Part shown: positions 25,983-39,036 of the stretch, piece after piece
Numbering within the stretch: the first letter of the stretch is position 1
Layout of the letters: every line of letters begins with the position of its first letter
Source of the DNA: Asterias rubens
Lineage: Eukaryota
Direction of reading: 5' to 3'
NCBI RefSeq assembly: GCF_902459465.1
Contig: NC_047062.1
Location: 20,460,001-20,524,000, forward strand
DNA length: 64,000 nucleotides
The notes under the pieces: model-generated
The model's input: only the letters and a program-made list of their open reading frames with translations
Database searches by the model: none
Told to the model about the DNA's origin: nothing
Program-made: the position numbers and the translations under genes

Positions 25983-26828
25983 TTAATGGTTCTGGAGATT
26001 CACAGTTAATTCTGACCCACATGTGTATAAATATGAAGCCAACACCTGTCTTTATCCTTGTGGATAAGGATAGGGGACCAGTCTAGTCCAAGGTACATAT
26101 GGATATGGATTGGGCCAAAGATTATTCGGGTAAAGCCATTCATGGACATAGGGTCAATTAAGTGGGCAGCCACACTGAAGGCAGGATCAGTTGAAAGAAG
26201 TTATGATAAAACCAATCCTTAATTAATCCACGGAAATTATTTGATAGTGGTGTAAGAACTTGTTAACACTGTCGTCATGACTGTGCACTGTTGTCAATAG
26301 ACTTTCCAAAGTCTTCACACATGTGCCCCACAGCAGTAACCATATTATGGACAACAAAAATTGAACCTTACCGTGAACAAAGCAAGGCTTGAGAGAACTC
26401 TAAACATATTCATTGTGCCGTGCTGCGTTATACCTTCCATGCATGGCAGAATAAAATTAACTGCATCAGGCCAGCCACTGCCGGTTATAATTAATCTCCA
26501 GAAGAGAGATTAGTGAAATCCACTGCACCTCATCCCAACAATTTTGTGTCAATATCACACTGAACTTGAAGATCACAAATTTGACAGGGAAACCCCCCCC
26601 ACAGAAGAACTCTTGTTGAAGCTGGAAGATTCTCAAGCCTGTATTATTAGCTGTGACAGGTAATCATTCAAGCCCTTGAGAAGGAGACTACTTTTTTCAA
26701 GAGATCTCCATCAAGTGTTCTGGGTGGTCTAAGACAAAGACAGAACCTTTTGGAAATCTAGGCAGCACAAGAACATACTTACTACAAGACTTTGTTAGTG
26801 CATTTTTTAATAACCACTCGGCTCTAAA

Positions 26829-27184
26829 AAAGCGTTTGTGAAAAGCGTTTGTAACCGTTTGTTATAAAATGCATATGGTTAGAAAGAGGATTTAAAAGTA
26901 GAATACAATGATCCACACAAACATGCCTCAAAATTGCACGTTTTTCCTTTTACCTCGTCGACTAACACGGTCGGCCATTTGTGGGAGTCAAATTTTTTAC
27001 TCCCATAAATGGCCGACCGTGTTAGTTCGCAAAGTAAAATGAAAACCGTGCATTTTTGAGACAAATTTGTGTGGATCATTGTATTCTACATTTAAAACAT
27101 CTATCCAATCATATGCATTTTATAACAAACGGTTACAAACGCTTTTTATAGACCAACTCGTGCGATCCAAGGCAACGTGCTCCT
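26829..27184. mobile_element. Family D MITE, left end truncated, without the nested insertion
   Basis: Colinear with 25211-25982 once 25504-25885 is removed. Confidence 0.85.
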
Positions 27185-27897
27185 TTAATGAGGGCATGCC
27201 CTTAGCTTGGAGTCCAAAGACATACCAAAGAGAAGAGATTGCCACAAAGCCATTGCTAGCAACTCAATAGAAAGAAAAGATTTTCAAAGAGGTAGAATGA
27301 TGGTAAAGTCCTCAAAGATCTCTGGTCACCTTCGAGGTACCAGATGGCAACCTTCCAAGAAAGAGGTAGTGTCGCCCAAATTGGCTCCTCAAAGGCCATT
27401 GGCATACTGGACACATACTACATAAGTAACGTACGAAGACAACACCCGAGTGTGACTATGAGGGCTGCTGATCAGGCCGCAAGACAACATTGTCAAAAAG
27501 CCATCGCTGAGCAACTCATTATAAAGAAATAATCCCCAGAGTGGGAGAATGATGGTAAAGTCCTCAATGACTTCCGTTCACCTTCTGCATGTAACAGCTG
27601 GTTTCAACCTTTCCTAAAAGAGCCAGTATTGCCCAAATTCGCTCATCACAGGCCACAGACGCACTGGCCACTATATAAGTTGCATACCAAGACAACACTT
27701 GAGTGTGACTAAGGGGCTGCTGATCAGATTGCAAGACAATATTGTCAATGACAGGACGGTTGCTTTAACATGTTAACCATCTGGCCAACTGGGACCCGAT
27801 TGTGATATGGTAGCTGTCATACATGACCCTTAGGTCATTTTATTAGGTGTTGTACGTGACTAGTACACGTAGATAGAAATAGAGACTAAAGTGAAAA

Positions 27898-28166
27898 TGT
27901 GACCCACTCTGTGAAAATGAGTCACATGTCGCCCAATGCAATATTAAGTTTTGGACAGTTTAATGTGGAAAATGTACTTGTAATTCGTTTTTCAAAAAAA
28001 AATGGTGTAGTGGCTAATTTCAAACGGGAGTAACTCAGCAACGCGATACACCCCAAAGCTTAGACACATACCAAATTACTGCTGCTGATGTGTTTTTTCC
28101 AGCCATGCATATAACTCAATTCCTAAAATTGCCTACATCTGACTCATTTTCACAGAGCGGGTCACA
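27898..28166. mobile_element. MITE with TGTGACCC...GGGTCACA TIRs
   Basis: tgtgacccactctgtgaaaatgagtc / gactcattttcacagagcgggtcaca. Confidence 0.78.
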
Positions 28167-28471
28167 AATATTTTTAACATCTCGATGGTGCAAGATATCT
28201 ACACTTTAAGCCACCACAACGATTATTTCCGTTTTGATATTTGTTCCTGTGACCAAGCACATTTGCACCTAAGTGTGACTAAACTCCTTTTGAGGGATGT
28301 ACTTATTGGAAGACATGGACCTTGACACTTGAGTTGGTTTTGAATATGAGTAGAGAGGGAGAGAGAGAGACTTAAGTGAAAATGGTTCATCACCTCGACG
28401 GTGCAAGATCGATGGTGCTACACCTCGAAGCCACCAAAACGGTTTGTCCTCAAAGTCAGAAATCTACTTAC

Positions 28472-28640
28472 CAGGGAAAGCATTGATATCAATGACATAA
28501 TGCACACCGGTGTCATTTTCCACAATGACATCAAAGCCAAAGAGGGAGAGTTGAAGTGACTGAGTGACGGCGGACACGAGCTCCTCTAGGATTTCGTTGG
28601 AAGGTAGTACTGTTTCCCGATTAAGATCATTCTTGTCCAG
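28472..28640 (-). CDS. ITPK1: ITPK1 coding exon 9
   Basis: LDKNDLNRETVLPSNEILEELVSAVTQSLQLSLFGFDVIVENDTGVHYVIDINAFP(G); catalytic LFGxD and IDINxFPG motifs; acag/gtaagt. Confidence 0.95.
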
Positions 28641-28809
28641 CTGTTAAGATAAGTAAGAAGAGTCTTAAGTCAGTGAGAAACTAAGAAGAGTCTTAAGTCA
28701 GTGAGAAACTCCCGCTCACAGATCCCAGCCATCGATAGATCTTCATTGACCCTAATGGGGGCGCTGTTTGGGCTTGTGATGTCATATGCAATGGGTGTGG
28801 TGAACTACG

Positions 28810-29378
28810 ATTCATAAATACCTAAGACAGTTTATCCATTCTGATTGGTCGGGAGGGCATCACGAGGTGTTGTTTGAACGGATGATATAACACCAGTAAA
28901 AAGTGTTATAACATGGGTGTGACACGCGCGCTTGCACCTGTGCGAATAAGACAGTTTCTTCATTCCTATTGGTCGAGAGCAACGGCCGGGACGCGCGGCC
29001 GGGACAGCCGTTGTGCCACATCACGCGATACGCGCGACGCCGCGCACAGCATCTCCTTATAAGGAGTTGTTTACCCGAGGGCCTAACCATTTCATAGCTG
29101 GAGGGGTGTTGTGTTGAAAGAAATCATTGAACAATTATAATGTTTACATTTATTTTACCTTTTGACCCAAAAGTGTTGATGTTTTTTGACCGAAAAGGTA
29201 TTTATGAATGGGAATCAAAGTGTGTTGAATCGGTTTTCAACTAGTGGTTTAAACCCGCCGAGGCCTGGTTCTTGATAATTTACCTCGACTTCGTCTCCAT
29301 AAAATTATCAAGTCCAGGCCTCAGCGCAGGTTTAAACCACTAGTTGAAAACCTCTTCACCACACATTGATTCCCTTAT
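28810..29378. mobile_element. Non-autonomous DNA element, family E (inverted copy)
   Basis: Reverse-complement match to 419-966. Confidence 0.8.
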
Positions 29379-29398
29379 TAATCAATCTGTTTACTTAC

Positions 29399-29466
29399 CT
29401 CATTAAGGAAAGACGATGAGTGAGGCTTTGATACATCATGACTATGGAAAAATATCGTACTTTTAT
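29399..29466 (-). CDS. ITPK1: ITPK1 coding exon 8
   Basis: (D)KSTIFFHSHDVSKPHSSSFLNE; 68 nt, ccag/gtaagt. Confidence 0.93.
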
Positions 29467-30410
29467 CTGGGGGGAAAAAAAGTTATATTTCGATTATTCA
29501 GTATACTTTTAGGACTACAAAAGTACAATAAATGCCTGGTACGAGGAGTTTAAATCCATAAAGACCTTCTAGTTCAAAGAACTGTATGATAAAACTAATA
29601 ATTGAAAAAATTACACTGAGAAAACACCTTGTTAGCATTATTTAAAGAACTAGGCCTATCGGATACTATACAATACTATACGATAGTTTTAAGATATACA
29701 ATAAAACCAAAATCTGAAAAGAACTACATGTAAAACACCTTGCAAGCATTCAAGAACTACATTTACAGGATACTATGATATGATATTATACGATAAAGAA
29801 CCACACTCTGTACAACGAAACTAACATCTGAAATGAACTACATGGAAAAAAACACATTGCTAGCATTATAAAAGAACTCCATGTAAAGGATACTAAATGA
29901 TACTATACGATAGTTCAACGCAATTTTGGAAATGTTGCACAGATGAAGTATATTGCACACAGGTGAAGTATATTACGCACACATAAATATTGCCAAAGTT
30001 AGCTACATGTACATTGTACATACACAACATAAATATGTAATTGCCTTTACCCGAGCTCAATGATACCAACTATAGAAGTATATTAAAACAAATAACAATA
30101 ACATAGTTTGATTAGTTGAGGTTTGCGGTAGCACCATGTGTTTAATCTCTTTGAAGTATTGTTGGTGATGGCACCTTGTGAAAATCTCTTTGGAGTGTTG
30201 GTGGTTGATGGTGGTGTTGGTGGTATATTACGCACACATAAATATTGCCAAAGTTAGCTACATGTACATTGTACATACACAACATAAATATGTAATCAAG
30301 AAAACACAAACCAAGACAAAATAAAGATAAGGTTTGTTTGATCATGGTCTTTCATGATCCAAGACCTTCACTGCACTGCAACAACAAAAATTTGAAAAAA
30401 TTGTTCTTAC

Positions 30411-30579
30411 CACTAAGACCGGCGGATACAAAGTTTTTGATAGACGGTCTTTTGACGAGTAGAAAATCATGTCCAATGATAAAAATCTTATGCATCTGTG
30501 CGTTGTGGTTGATAAATGTCATGGCAACGCATGGAGGTTCAATGTCCTTGAGGCCGGCATCGTTAAAAATAATAGCCAT
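30411..30579 (-). CDS. ITPK1: ITPK1 coding exon 7
   Basis: MAIIFNDAGLKDIEPPCVAMTFINHNAQMHKIFIIGHDFLLVKRPSIKNFVSAGLS; 169 nt, ttcag/gtaaga. Confidence 0.95.
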
Positions 30580-30719
30580 CTGAAAGAAGTGAACCATAAA
30601 CATTAATAACCAAACCTAGGGAAGATGATTTGATTCTGATTAGACCTGGGCCCAACTTCCCACAGCTGATTTAAGCAGCAAACATTGCTAACAATTTGTT
30701 GCTAAGCAGAACTGAGCAG

Positions 30720-30971
30720 GGCCCAATTTCATGGGTCTGCTTACTGCAACTTTCTGCGCTTACGATCACGATTCCCTGCTTATGTGCAAGCGTCAAATTT
30801 CTGCGCTAGCCTTGTAAGCGTAGAATGCCTAGTAACGTTTTTTTTTTATGCACGCACAGAAGCCAATATTCGCCTCTAACCCGTGAAATACGCTTGCCGT
30901 AAGCACAGAATTCCCTGCTTCCCTAAGCGCCGATTATGTGCTTACAGTAAGCAGAGCCATGAAATTGGGCC
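30720..30971. mobile_element. Harbinger-like MITE (GGCCCAATTTCAT family)
   Basis: CAG|GGCCCAATTTCATG...CATGAAATTGGGCC|CAG. Confidence 0.88.
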
Positions 30972-31301
30972 CAGTTTACTGCCGGTACACTTGACTTACA
31001 TGCAGTAGTTCCTCTGGTAACCTTACTCTACAAAGTATAATTTTTTACTTTTTGTGCTCTATGAAATTAGGTCTTCGGCACAAATTGTTGGCTTTCCTTA
31101 CCGCAGAATTCTGTACTTACTGCCCGTAGAAGTACATGCTTTGCAAAGTGCAGTAAGTGCAGAATTCTATGATAAGCAATGACATGAAATTGGGGCCTGA
31201 ACATGATAGCAGTGGCCGAAAAATCCCCTTCTAAATTGGTTACAACTTGGCAATAAAAGTAAAACAAAAGTGAAATACACACTTTACAACATCGAACTAA
31301 C

Positions 31302-31345
31302 CTCATGAGATTTGACAGAACCATGAGCTTTAGACGACTTGCACA
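31302..31345 (-). CDS. ITPK1: ITPK1 coding exon 6
   Basis: (V)CKSSKAHGSVKSHE, compared with human ICKTRVAHGTNSHE; 44 nt, tttag/gttagt. Confidence 0.92.
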
Positions 31346-32195
31346 CTAAAACAAAAAAGAAAAGAACAATATCCAAATAAACCACTGAAAAAACCTCACA
31401 ATTTGTCCAATTGTATGGGTCATTCAGAGGGCAGAATTGTTTGAATAATTACAAGTAGGTTCACCGCAAATCTGCTAATAAAAATCTCCTACACACACAT
31501 GTACTTATACATGTAGTGTACGTACTTTAAGCCCTCACCTTTTAAACCTCACATGTAGAGATGACAGGTAACCCTTACAAACAATCAATAAAATTTAACA
31601 ATAACAATTTAATTGATACAGTATCATCTCCAACCACGGGACATGTCGGTCTATCCACATGTAAAAGATGGTGGTCTGGCAAATCACCAGCTACATAGAC
31701 GATGTGACCTGTGACATCACATGTTTACAAAAGAGCCACAGCGCCTGGACTTCCTGCAGGCACGATTTGCACACAGCTCAATGGAAGAAAACATAACATC
31801 TTACTTAATGGAGATTGCACTGTCTAATTCTTATCAACTTTTGATATGATGAAGGGGGCACATCTCAAAACTTGACCAGCTTTTACTTCACAACTCTTGG
31901 TTTTGTGTGGAAATTATGACACAAAATGTCAACTTTCCCATAGGACCAGTGTAGTATCTTGCCTGCCAGAATACTCAAAGAATGTACAAGGTCACACTTA
32001 TTGTAAACAAGGTTCACATGGTCTATAGTTTTGCCTACTTTCCCGGGTGAGATTACATGTATATGAAAATGAAAAATCCTGAAAATTTGATAAAAGCTCC
32101 CTCTGTGTGTGGAGATGAAGCTAACAGAAATGTAAAATGTGAAATAATCGAGGTTCACAGACTCTCTACAACATTTCAAATAGATCTGAAGGTCT

Positions 32196-32440
32196 TGGCC
32201 CAATTTCATGGCTCATCTTACCGCTTACGATCACTATTCTCCACTAACTGTGCAAGCGCCGAATTTCTGCACTAGTTGTGTAATCGAAGAATACCTACAT
32301 GTCGTAGTGTAAAGTACGCATGCGCACAAGCAAAAAAATCCATGCTAACCCGTGAAATATGCTTGACGTAAAGTAAGTGCCGAACACACTGCTTCTATAA
32401 GCGCTGATTGTTACGGTAAACAGAGTCATGAAATTGGACC
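32196..32440. mobile_element. Harbinger-like MITE (GGCCCAATTTCAT family), diverged
   Basis: TIRs and body shared with 30720-30971. Confidence 0.78.
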
Positions 32441-32611
32441 CTGGTCACAAGAGCCAAGTCTTTCATCTCTGCAAATGATAATCTCACCTCTTTCAAGAAA
32501 ATCTTAAGGTTCAAGGAGACCAACAAAAATCCTGTTTACATGCTTAATCACATCTACGTCACTAATGGCCTTGTGGGTGGAAGCTGGGGGATGAATAAGA
32601 ATCTAGCTTAC

Positions 32612-32713
32612 CAAATGGATACTTGACCTTTGCTCCTTCAAGTAATCTCTTGATCTCGGCAACATCTTTGGTATGGATCTCCACAAAATTGGGAACTAAC
32701 ACTTTACCGTGTA
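32612..32713 (-). CDS. ITPK1: ITPK1 coding exon 5
   Basis: (V)HGKVLVPNFVEIHTKDVAEIKRLLEGAKVKYPF; 102 nt, gaag/gtaagc, phase 1/1. Confidence 0.92.
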
Positions 32714-33165
32714 CTTCAAAAGAAAACAAAGAAAAAATACATCATTAACACAACAAATTCAGAATAAATTCTCTCCATGAAATTCTAGAACCTCATACTT
32801 TCAGAATATTTCTTAAATTTTGTCAATTTGGTTACAATTTTGACGTGCATTGCAAGTATAAACAAGAAGGCCAGAGTATGGTTAGTGTCCTAATGAGTTA
32901 ATCCCAGCATTGTACTAGATTCAATACTTTCCCGAGTCCTGTAAAAAAATCCGCAGGCAAGTCACTAGGGTGGGATTCGTATCCACATCCTTTGCCCTGC
33001 TAGAGCAGATGTCGACAGGACTCCGAAAAGTACTGATTATTCAGGCAACAACCAAATAATATTCTTTATCGTGATGCAAAATAAACGCCTATTTAAACTA
33101 AATAAACTATTAAATTAACTTTAATATAAAAACCATCTTCAGATGTCCTTACTACGTGTCCATAC

Positions 33166-33283
33166 CTGAGGTTTTTTGGAAGGCATTTTGAAATAACGTA
33201 TAGCTAGCATTTCGGTCCATCAGTTTACATACTGAGTCCAGTGGATCCAGGATTGGAACATTAGGGTGGTCTTTAGTGTAAGT
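33166..33283 (-). CDS. ITPK1: ITPK1 coding exon 4
   Basis: TYTKDHPNVPILDPLDSVCKLMDRNASYTLFQNAFQKTS; 118 nt, cacag/gtatgg. Confidence 0.93.
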
Positions 33284-33793
33284 CTGTGAAGGAAAAAATG
33301 AAAGAAAAAAAATCATTAGTATACACACATACTTTATAATATACCAACTTTACACTGGGATGGTACGATATGCCCCCCTGCACCAGCTTCACGCACAGAT
33401 ACAGTCTGCTCATTGTCTGCCACTTTGGGAGTCTAAATGCAAGCAAAGTGGGTTTCAAATTAAGTATTTGTTATTTTGCGAGTGACTAGCCAGCAGGACC
33501 TACATAGTGTTAGACTGTTAGCCAGAAGCGTCTCTGGGTGTTTTTTGACACCCTGTTTTAAATATGGACACCCTGTTTTATCTATCATGTTAGATGTAAA
33601 TACATTGTATGTGAAACTATTTTTTTCCAGTACACAAATACTGGCTAAACCATGACCCTTAAACTCGTTATTTTACAGGTTCATCATTATTTTCACTGGT
33701 CCCTACTTCCGGTACTTCAAAATGGAGATGTTTTTAAACACAGACGAGCACTTCAGGCAAATTTTGACCGGTCCTCTGGTGTTTAAACTGGCA

Positions 33794-34332
33794 TTCATAA
33801 ATACCTCAGACAGTTTCGCTATTCCTATTGGTGGAGAGCGCTGTTTATAACCGGTTGTTTTTCGGATACTACGCGCAAATCTTGGTGCAAGACGTTTCTC
33901 GTTACAGGAGATGTGGGCACTGCTGGTGAGTGGTGAACACTGCTGGTGAGCACTGCTGGTGATGCGGGCACTGCTGTGTGTGACAGGAAAACGAGCAACG
34001 TCTAACACCAAGACTAACTACGCGCACGAACACATATCTGGAAACTGTCTCAGTCATAAAAATGCAACACATGGACGTACACAGCTCAAGGACAGCGGAA
34101 AACGGATAAGTTTGACAGAGTTTCTTACTTTATTACGCCTTTTAACCAAAAGGCATTTATGAATGGGAATGAAAGAGTAGTGACTCGCTCTTAAACTGTC
34201 ATTTAAAACCCTGCAGGGTCCTGGCCGTGTGAAAAAGGCCCTCACTTTCGGCTCGGGCCTTTATCACGCGGCCATGACCTTGCCAGTTTTAAACGGCAGT
34301 TTAAGAACTCGACACTATCCTTTTATTCCCTT
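33794..34332. mobile_element. Diverged relative of family E
   Basis: Shares attcataaatacct..gacagtttcgctattcctattggtggagagc and a ttcccttatt end. Confidence 0.55.
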
Positions 34333-34835
34333 ATTTGGCAAGTGGACCACTGTTTATAAGGGAGAAGGTCAAGGGTCAACAGTGACCGCAGTTCTAGTTA
34401 TCAGCACCATTTAAGTTTTCAAAGATTCTATATTTAGATTATGAGATCATGAAATAAAGTGCAAACACACACCCCCATGTACTTTAAGTGTATACACAAA
34501 CTGTACAAGTTCAGATTAACTTTTGAGCAAACAGTTCACCAGTGTGGAAATATTGGTTGGGCTTAAGTGAGGCACCCTTTAAAGTGTTTAGTCTGTTATC
34601 TCGCTAAATGGCTGTACTGAACAGTTTTAATAGGGGCATTGAATGTGTACATAAGAACAGTGGACTATGACGGTTTATCAAAGGTCCTCTTCAGAGCAGG
34701 CTTGCCGATACATTTCTTATACTATTGAAAATAGGGCAGAGACAAATTACTATGAAAAAGTTGCAATGTACAACTCCTGTGAGTTGACCAGGCCTGGATA
34801 CTTCATGGAGGCAATATAGCCTCCATTGCCCCATC

Positions 34836-35113
34836 GCCCTATTTCATAGCGCTGCTTAGCGGTTGATTTTTTGCTTACTGTGCGATTTCTATTTCATAGC
34901 ACTGCTAACCGTAAGCACTTGAAAAGGCATGCTAACCTTCCAGTGCTTACCGCACGAAAATAAATGACGTCACAATGCAAATCCACAGTAAACACGCAAT
35001 ATGGCCGCCCAATTTTTCTGCTAACCTGTGAAATACGCTAAAGCTTAAGCAAATTTTTCTGCTACTGTAAGCACGCAAATTTGCTTACCGTTAAGCAGCG
35101 CTATGAAATTGGG
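34836..35113. mobile_element. Harbinger-like MITE related to the GGCCCAATTTCAT family
   Basis: GCCCTATTTCATAGCGCTGCTTA...TAAGCAGCGCTATGAAATTGGGC. Confidence 0.72.
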
Positions 35114-36624
35114 CTCCGTGGTCATTGCCTTGAAAATGTTCCAACAGTACAGTACAATTTTCTCATGGAGGGGTACACCTTTTACCAAGGAGAAAACGCC
35201 ATGGTGCACATATGCCCTTTAAAAAAAAAGCATCAGACCAGCTGCATTGTACACATGTACACAGATTTTTATATGGTAAGAACAGCTGTGCAAAACAATT
35301 AGCCTACTACCATGACTACTGTAAAATGGAGTTCATTCGTTCTATGATGAAAATGATAACATGTGTGTACTGTGCATTCACCACACGATATCACATTGTA
35401 GGTTGGCATACGTAGGGATCATCAGGAGTGTTACAATATAGTTTCAATTTAGTGTAATTCATTGCTCATACTCAAAATGTAACTTGTGCAGCGAGTGTCC
35501 CTAAGTGCCGCTTATATGGAAAAGATTTTCATGCTGGTGCATCAAAAATATCAACAGTCGGAGTTCAAATTCAACTGAATGTACCGGTAGATACAAAATA
35601 AAAACACCCTGTGAAAATTTCATTTGAATTATGAAAAAGTGGTAGCATTTTTGAGATACAATGTATCGCTGAAAAATTTGAGGTATGTACATGTACACGC
35701 AGGAAGAAATAATCTGTAATTGAAATACCAATAGGCCTCTATATAATATGAAAACATTTCTGCATTCATGTTTCCAAGATTTAACATTTTCTGCATCCCT
35801 TTCTCTAAAAAGAATTTCCTTAGAATGAAAACATTTCTCAAAATGTTTTTCATGTTTAACAGCTGGCTGCTTTTTACCAAATAAGATTTTATAGTCATAC
35901 ATTCTTGGAGTAATTACCAAAGGTACATGTATAACCTCCCATAATTGGCATAGTAAATGTGTGCACATACTGAACATGCCTAACCCCCAACGCAAACAAG
36001 GGTCTTAACAGTTAGCCTTATCTGTTGCATTACAGATAAGGTGTATTAGAACCTTTCAAGTGACCCATACGGCATTTAACATTTAAAGATAAGATACAGC
36101 AATGGACTCTAAAACCTAATTTTATTTAAACCTCTAACTCAATACTGATCTCCAGGTATGATTCAATCAGCCTGGACTACATGTTGTGGTACTCTTTTTT
36201 TGGAATTGGAACTATATTTCTGTTTCTCGCAAAGTAGTTCAAATGAAATAGGAGTTGAAACTTTGCAAGATGGGAAAACATTTTAGAAACTCAGGAACAC
36301 AAATATTATTCCCTGTTTTTCTACTGAAGGTGATCACAGCTTACTGATCGAAATGTCAAGTTGTTTAAAAGCTTCAGAAGCATTACTCATGTACGGTGAT
36401 ACCGTAAACCCAAGAGATCTAATCTGTTGAATTTTCAGAATGAAATTCCGTCATAAAAATTATAAATAAATAAATAAATAAGTAAGTAATCCTGTACAGT
36501 TCACTGTTTCTTGAGAATCTAAATAGTACAAACTAGTGTACACCATGTGTGTTTTGGCATACACAGAGATGTGGGGACTTTTGCACAGTTGAGTAAAGGT
36601 CCTCACAATGTTGTTTGTTGTTAA

Positions 36625-37000
36625 AGGCAGTGGACACAGTTTGTAACTACTCAAAATAATTATTAGCATAAAACCTTTCTTGGTGACGAGTAATGGGGAG
36701 AGGTTGATGGTATAAAACATTGTGAGAAACGGCTCCCTCTGAAGTGACATAGTTTTCGAGAAAGAAGTAATTTTCCACGTATTTGATTTCGAGACCTCAG
36801 ATTTAGAATTTGAGGTCTCGAAGTCAAACATCTAAACGCACACAACTTCGTGTGACAAGGGTTATTTTTCTTTCATTATTATCTCGCAAGTTCGACGACC
36901 AATTGAGCTCAAATTTTCACAGGTTTGTTATTTTATGCATGTTGGGATACACCAAGTTAGAAGACTGATCTTTGACTATTACCAAAGGTGTCCAGTGCCT
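36625..37000. mobile_element. TTAA-target MITE, family A
   Basis: TTAA flanks, TIRs and family body. Confidence 0.9.
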
Positions 37001-37298
37001 TTAAGTAACCTGTAAATTGGTGTGTGTAAGGGCACACCTACCCTTTGAGAGCCAGAATGACTTCAACAAAGGGAATCGGGGTAGTTTGACAAGGTCAGGA
37101 TGTCCAACTAGTTTTGCTTTTGTGTACAAGGCCAATGAGGACATCACTATAGAAGTTCAAACAACTTATGGAAGAACAAAGAGAATTCCTTGATTTGTCT
37201 GTTGTATGAGCTTGTCTAACCATCTGAAACCCAGGATTTTAGGGATAATGGGGTTTTGAACAAAGCGAGGTCGCCCTCGATACATTTTCATGTACACA

Positions 37299-37452
37299 GG
37301 GTGCGTTCGTTTAGCTTCCCTGGGTCGACCCCGGTGTGTGGCGTGTTTTTTTTCCAGGACAAACGTGTGCAGATAATTACCCACGTTCGTCCTGAAAAAA
37401 AAAAACACGCCACACACCAGGGTCGACCCAGGGAAGCTAAACGAACGCACCC
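37299..37452. mobile_element. Harbinger-like hairpin MITE with ACA TSD
   Basis: ACA|GGGTGCGTTCGTTTAGCTTCCCTGGGTCGACCC...GGGTCGACCCAGGGAAGCTAAACGAACGCACCC|ACA. Confidence 0.88.
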
Positions 37453-37642
37453 ACAACAAGGTAATTTGGTCGCCAATGGCAGGGCTCTCACACAAAAGAG
37501 AGAAAACCAACTTAGGTCTACATAGGGGAATAGAATGCTCCACAGGGATGCATTTTTGAGAATTCCTTTCACACACTTTTTGGTGTTGAGGGGGGGGGGG
37601 GGGGCGTGAGCGTGAGGGAGGATGACAGGAAAGGAAAGGTAC

Positions 37643-37768
37643 CTTAAGGTTATCCATCATCATCTGTGATTTCTTATCTCCATCGTGGGCTAGACTTAGG
37701 ACATCAGTCAGCTTGTGGATGATGACGCTGAATGGTCCCTGAGCTTCAAGGGGCTGAAGGAGATCAAT
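37643..37768 (-). CDS. ITPK1: ITPK1 coding exon 3
   Basis: IDLLQPLEAQGPFSVIIHKLTDVLSLAHDGDKKSQMMMDNLK; 126 nt, AG/GT bounded; contains the family IIHKLTD motif. Confidence 0.95.
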
Positions 37769-38188
37769 CTGATGCAAGCACAAGAAATGAAGAATTACAA
37801 CGATAATTTTCATGAACGTCAAAAGCATTTAAGCCTTACCACGTAAGATCAAATTCAAAAAGTCAAATGACTATAGTCATTACAGGTTGAACGGTTTCTG
37901 ACTGGCACCAAAAACAAAGGACATGGATCCCGACCAAAATGACAATTAACACCACCTCTTTTCCCTGCTGCCCCGCTTAATGTTGTTAACACCAGCTGGA
38001 GCGCATACCGCACAATGAGAACCAACATTGAACAGGGGCTAGGGGGTCCAATGAGATATGAATGGCCCCTTGTTGTATGTAGATGGCTTGGTTGGTAGAA
38101 CACTGGCTAGCTAAATGCAGTAGTGGCATGTTCAAAAATCGTGCTCAAGTATGTATTCATCTTTGTTCACCCCCCCCCCCCCCCTCCC

Positions 38189-38219
<31 letters not shown>

Positions 38220-38542
38220 AAAAAATAAAACAACAATCAACAACCCAAAAGACAAAACAAAATAAAACAAACAGAAACATGCTACACTTCCTTCTAGATA
38301 TCCTGTCCCAAAACTAGAATGTAAGTTGTGAACCTCTGGGTTTACGGTGGCACAGGGACATTTCCATGATGTACATGTACACGTATGACATTAACACACC
38401 ACAATACCATCTCAATACTAGCGGGATTCAATATAAAATGTCAGTAAGCTCCGATTCTATTCTCATTGCGGTCCTGCTGAGAAATGTTTCAGACACAGCT
38501 TGGGCTTCTTGTAAAAATCTACACCTCATTTTTTCTTCTTAA

Positions 38543-38828
38543 AGGCAGTGGACACTATTGGTAACTACTCTAAATAATTATTAGCATAAAACCTTACTTG
38601 GTAGCGAGAAATAGGGAGAGGTTGATAGTAAAAAACTTTGAGAGAGAAGTAATTTTCGACGAATTTGATTTCGAGACCTCAGATTTAGAACTAGAGGTCT
38701 CGAAATCAAGCATCTGAAAGCTAACAACTTCGTGTGACGAGGGTGTTTTTCTTTCATCATTATCTCGCAACTTCAATGACCGATTGAGATCAAATTTTCA
38801 CACGCTTGTTACTTTATTCATGTCACCA
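38543..38828. mobile_element. TTAA-target MITE, family A, right end missing
   Basis: Left TIR and body present. Confidence 0.8.
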
Positions 38829-38896
38829 AGTGGAAATGAACTTTTAAAATATCCCGGATTGCCCTTAAAATTTTAGTGACTGGCTAGCAGGACCAG

Positions 38897-39036
38897 GGGT
38901 CGATTTCACAAAGAGTTAGTACTAGTCCTAACTTAGGACTAGTCCTAAGAGATATCAAAAAGGCATAGCTAGTCTAAAGTTAGGACGAGTAACTCGTTGA
39001 GATAAGACTAGTCCTAACTCTTTGTGAAATCCACCC
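38897..39036. mobile_element. Harbinger-like MITE (CTAG-rich family)
   Basis: CAG|GGGTCGATTTCACAAAG...CTTTGTGAAATCCACCC|CAG. Confidence 0.88.

Larger units (their letters stand above)
24250..27750 (+). mobile_element. Heavily decayed Penelope-like retroelement fragments (antisense within the last ITPK1 intron), interrupted by MITEs
   Basis: Frameshifted LYP..PR.YGLPKI remnant at about 26060-26125; weak downstream RT-like remnants; a ~250-bp imperfect direct repeat at about 27248-27750 resembling a pseudo-LTR. Many stops. Confidence 0.5.

Noticed and set aside
35501-35995. 164-aa intronic ORF on the ITPK1 strand
   Set aside because: TTG start, AT-rich, no recognisable domain, and not needed for the complete ITPK1 model; probably chance or a repeat fragment.
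36460-36845. ORFs resembling each other at several loci (MFDFETSNSK..., MCAFRCL...)
   Set aside because: They are translations of the non-coding family A MITE body, not a gene family.
37166-37828. 220-aa ORF in the track
   Set aside because: It is ITPK1 exon 3 plus intron read-through across a poly-C run and a hairpin MITE.
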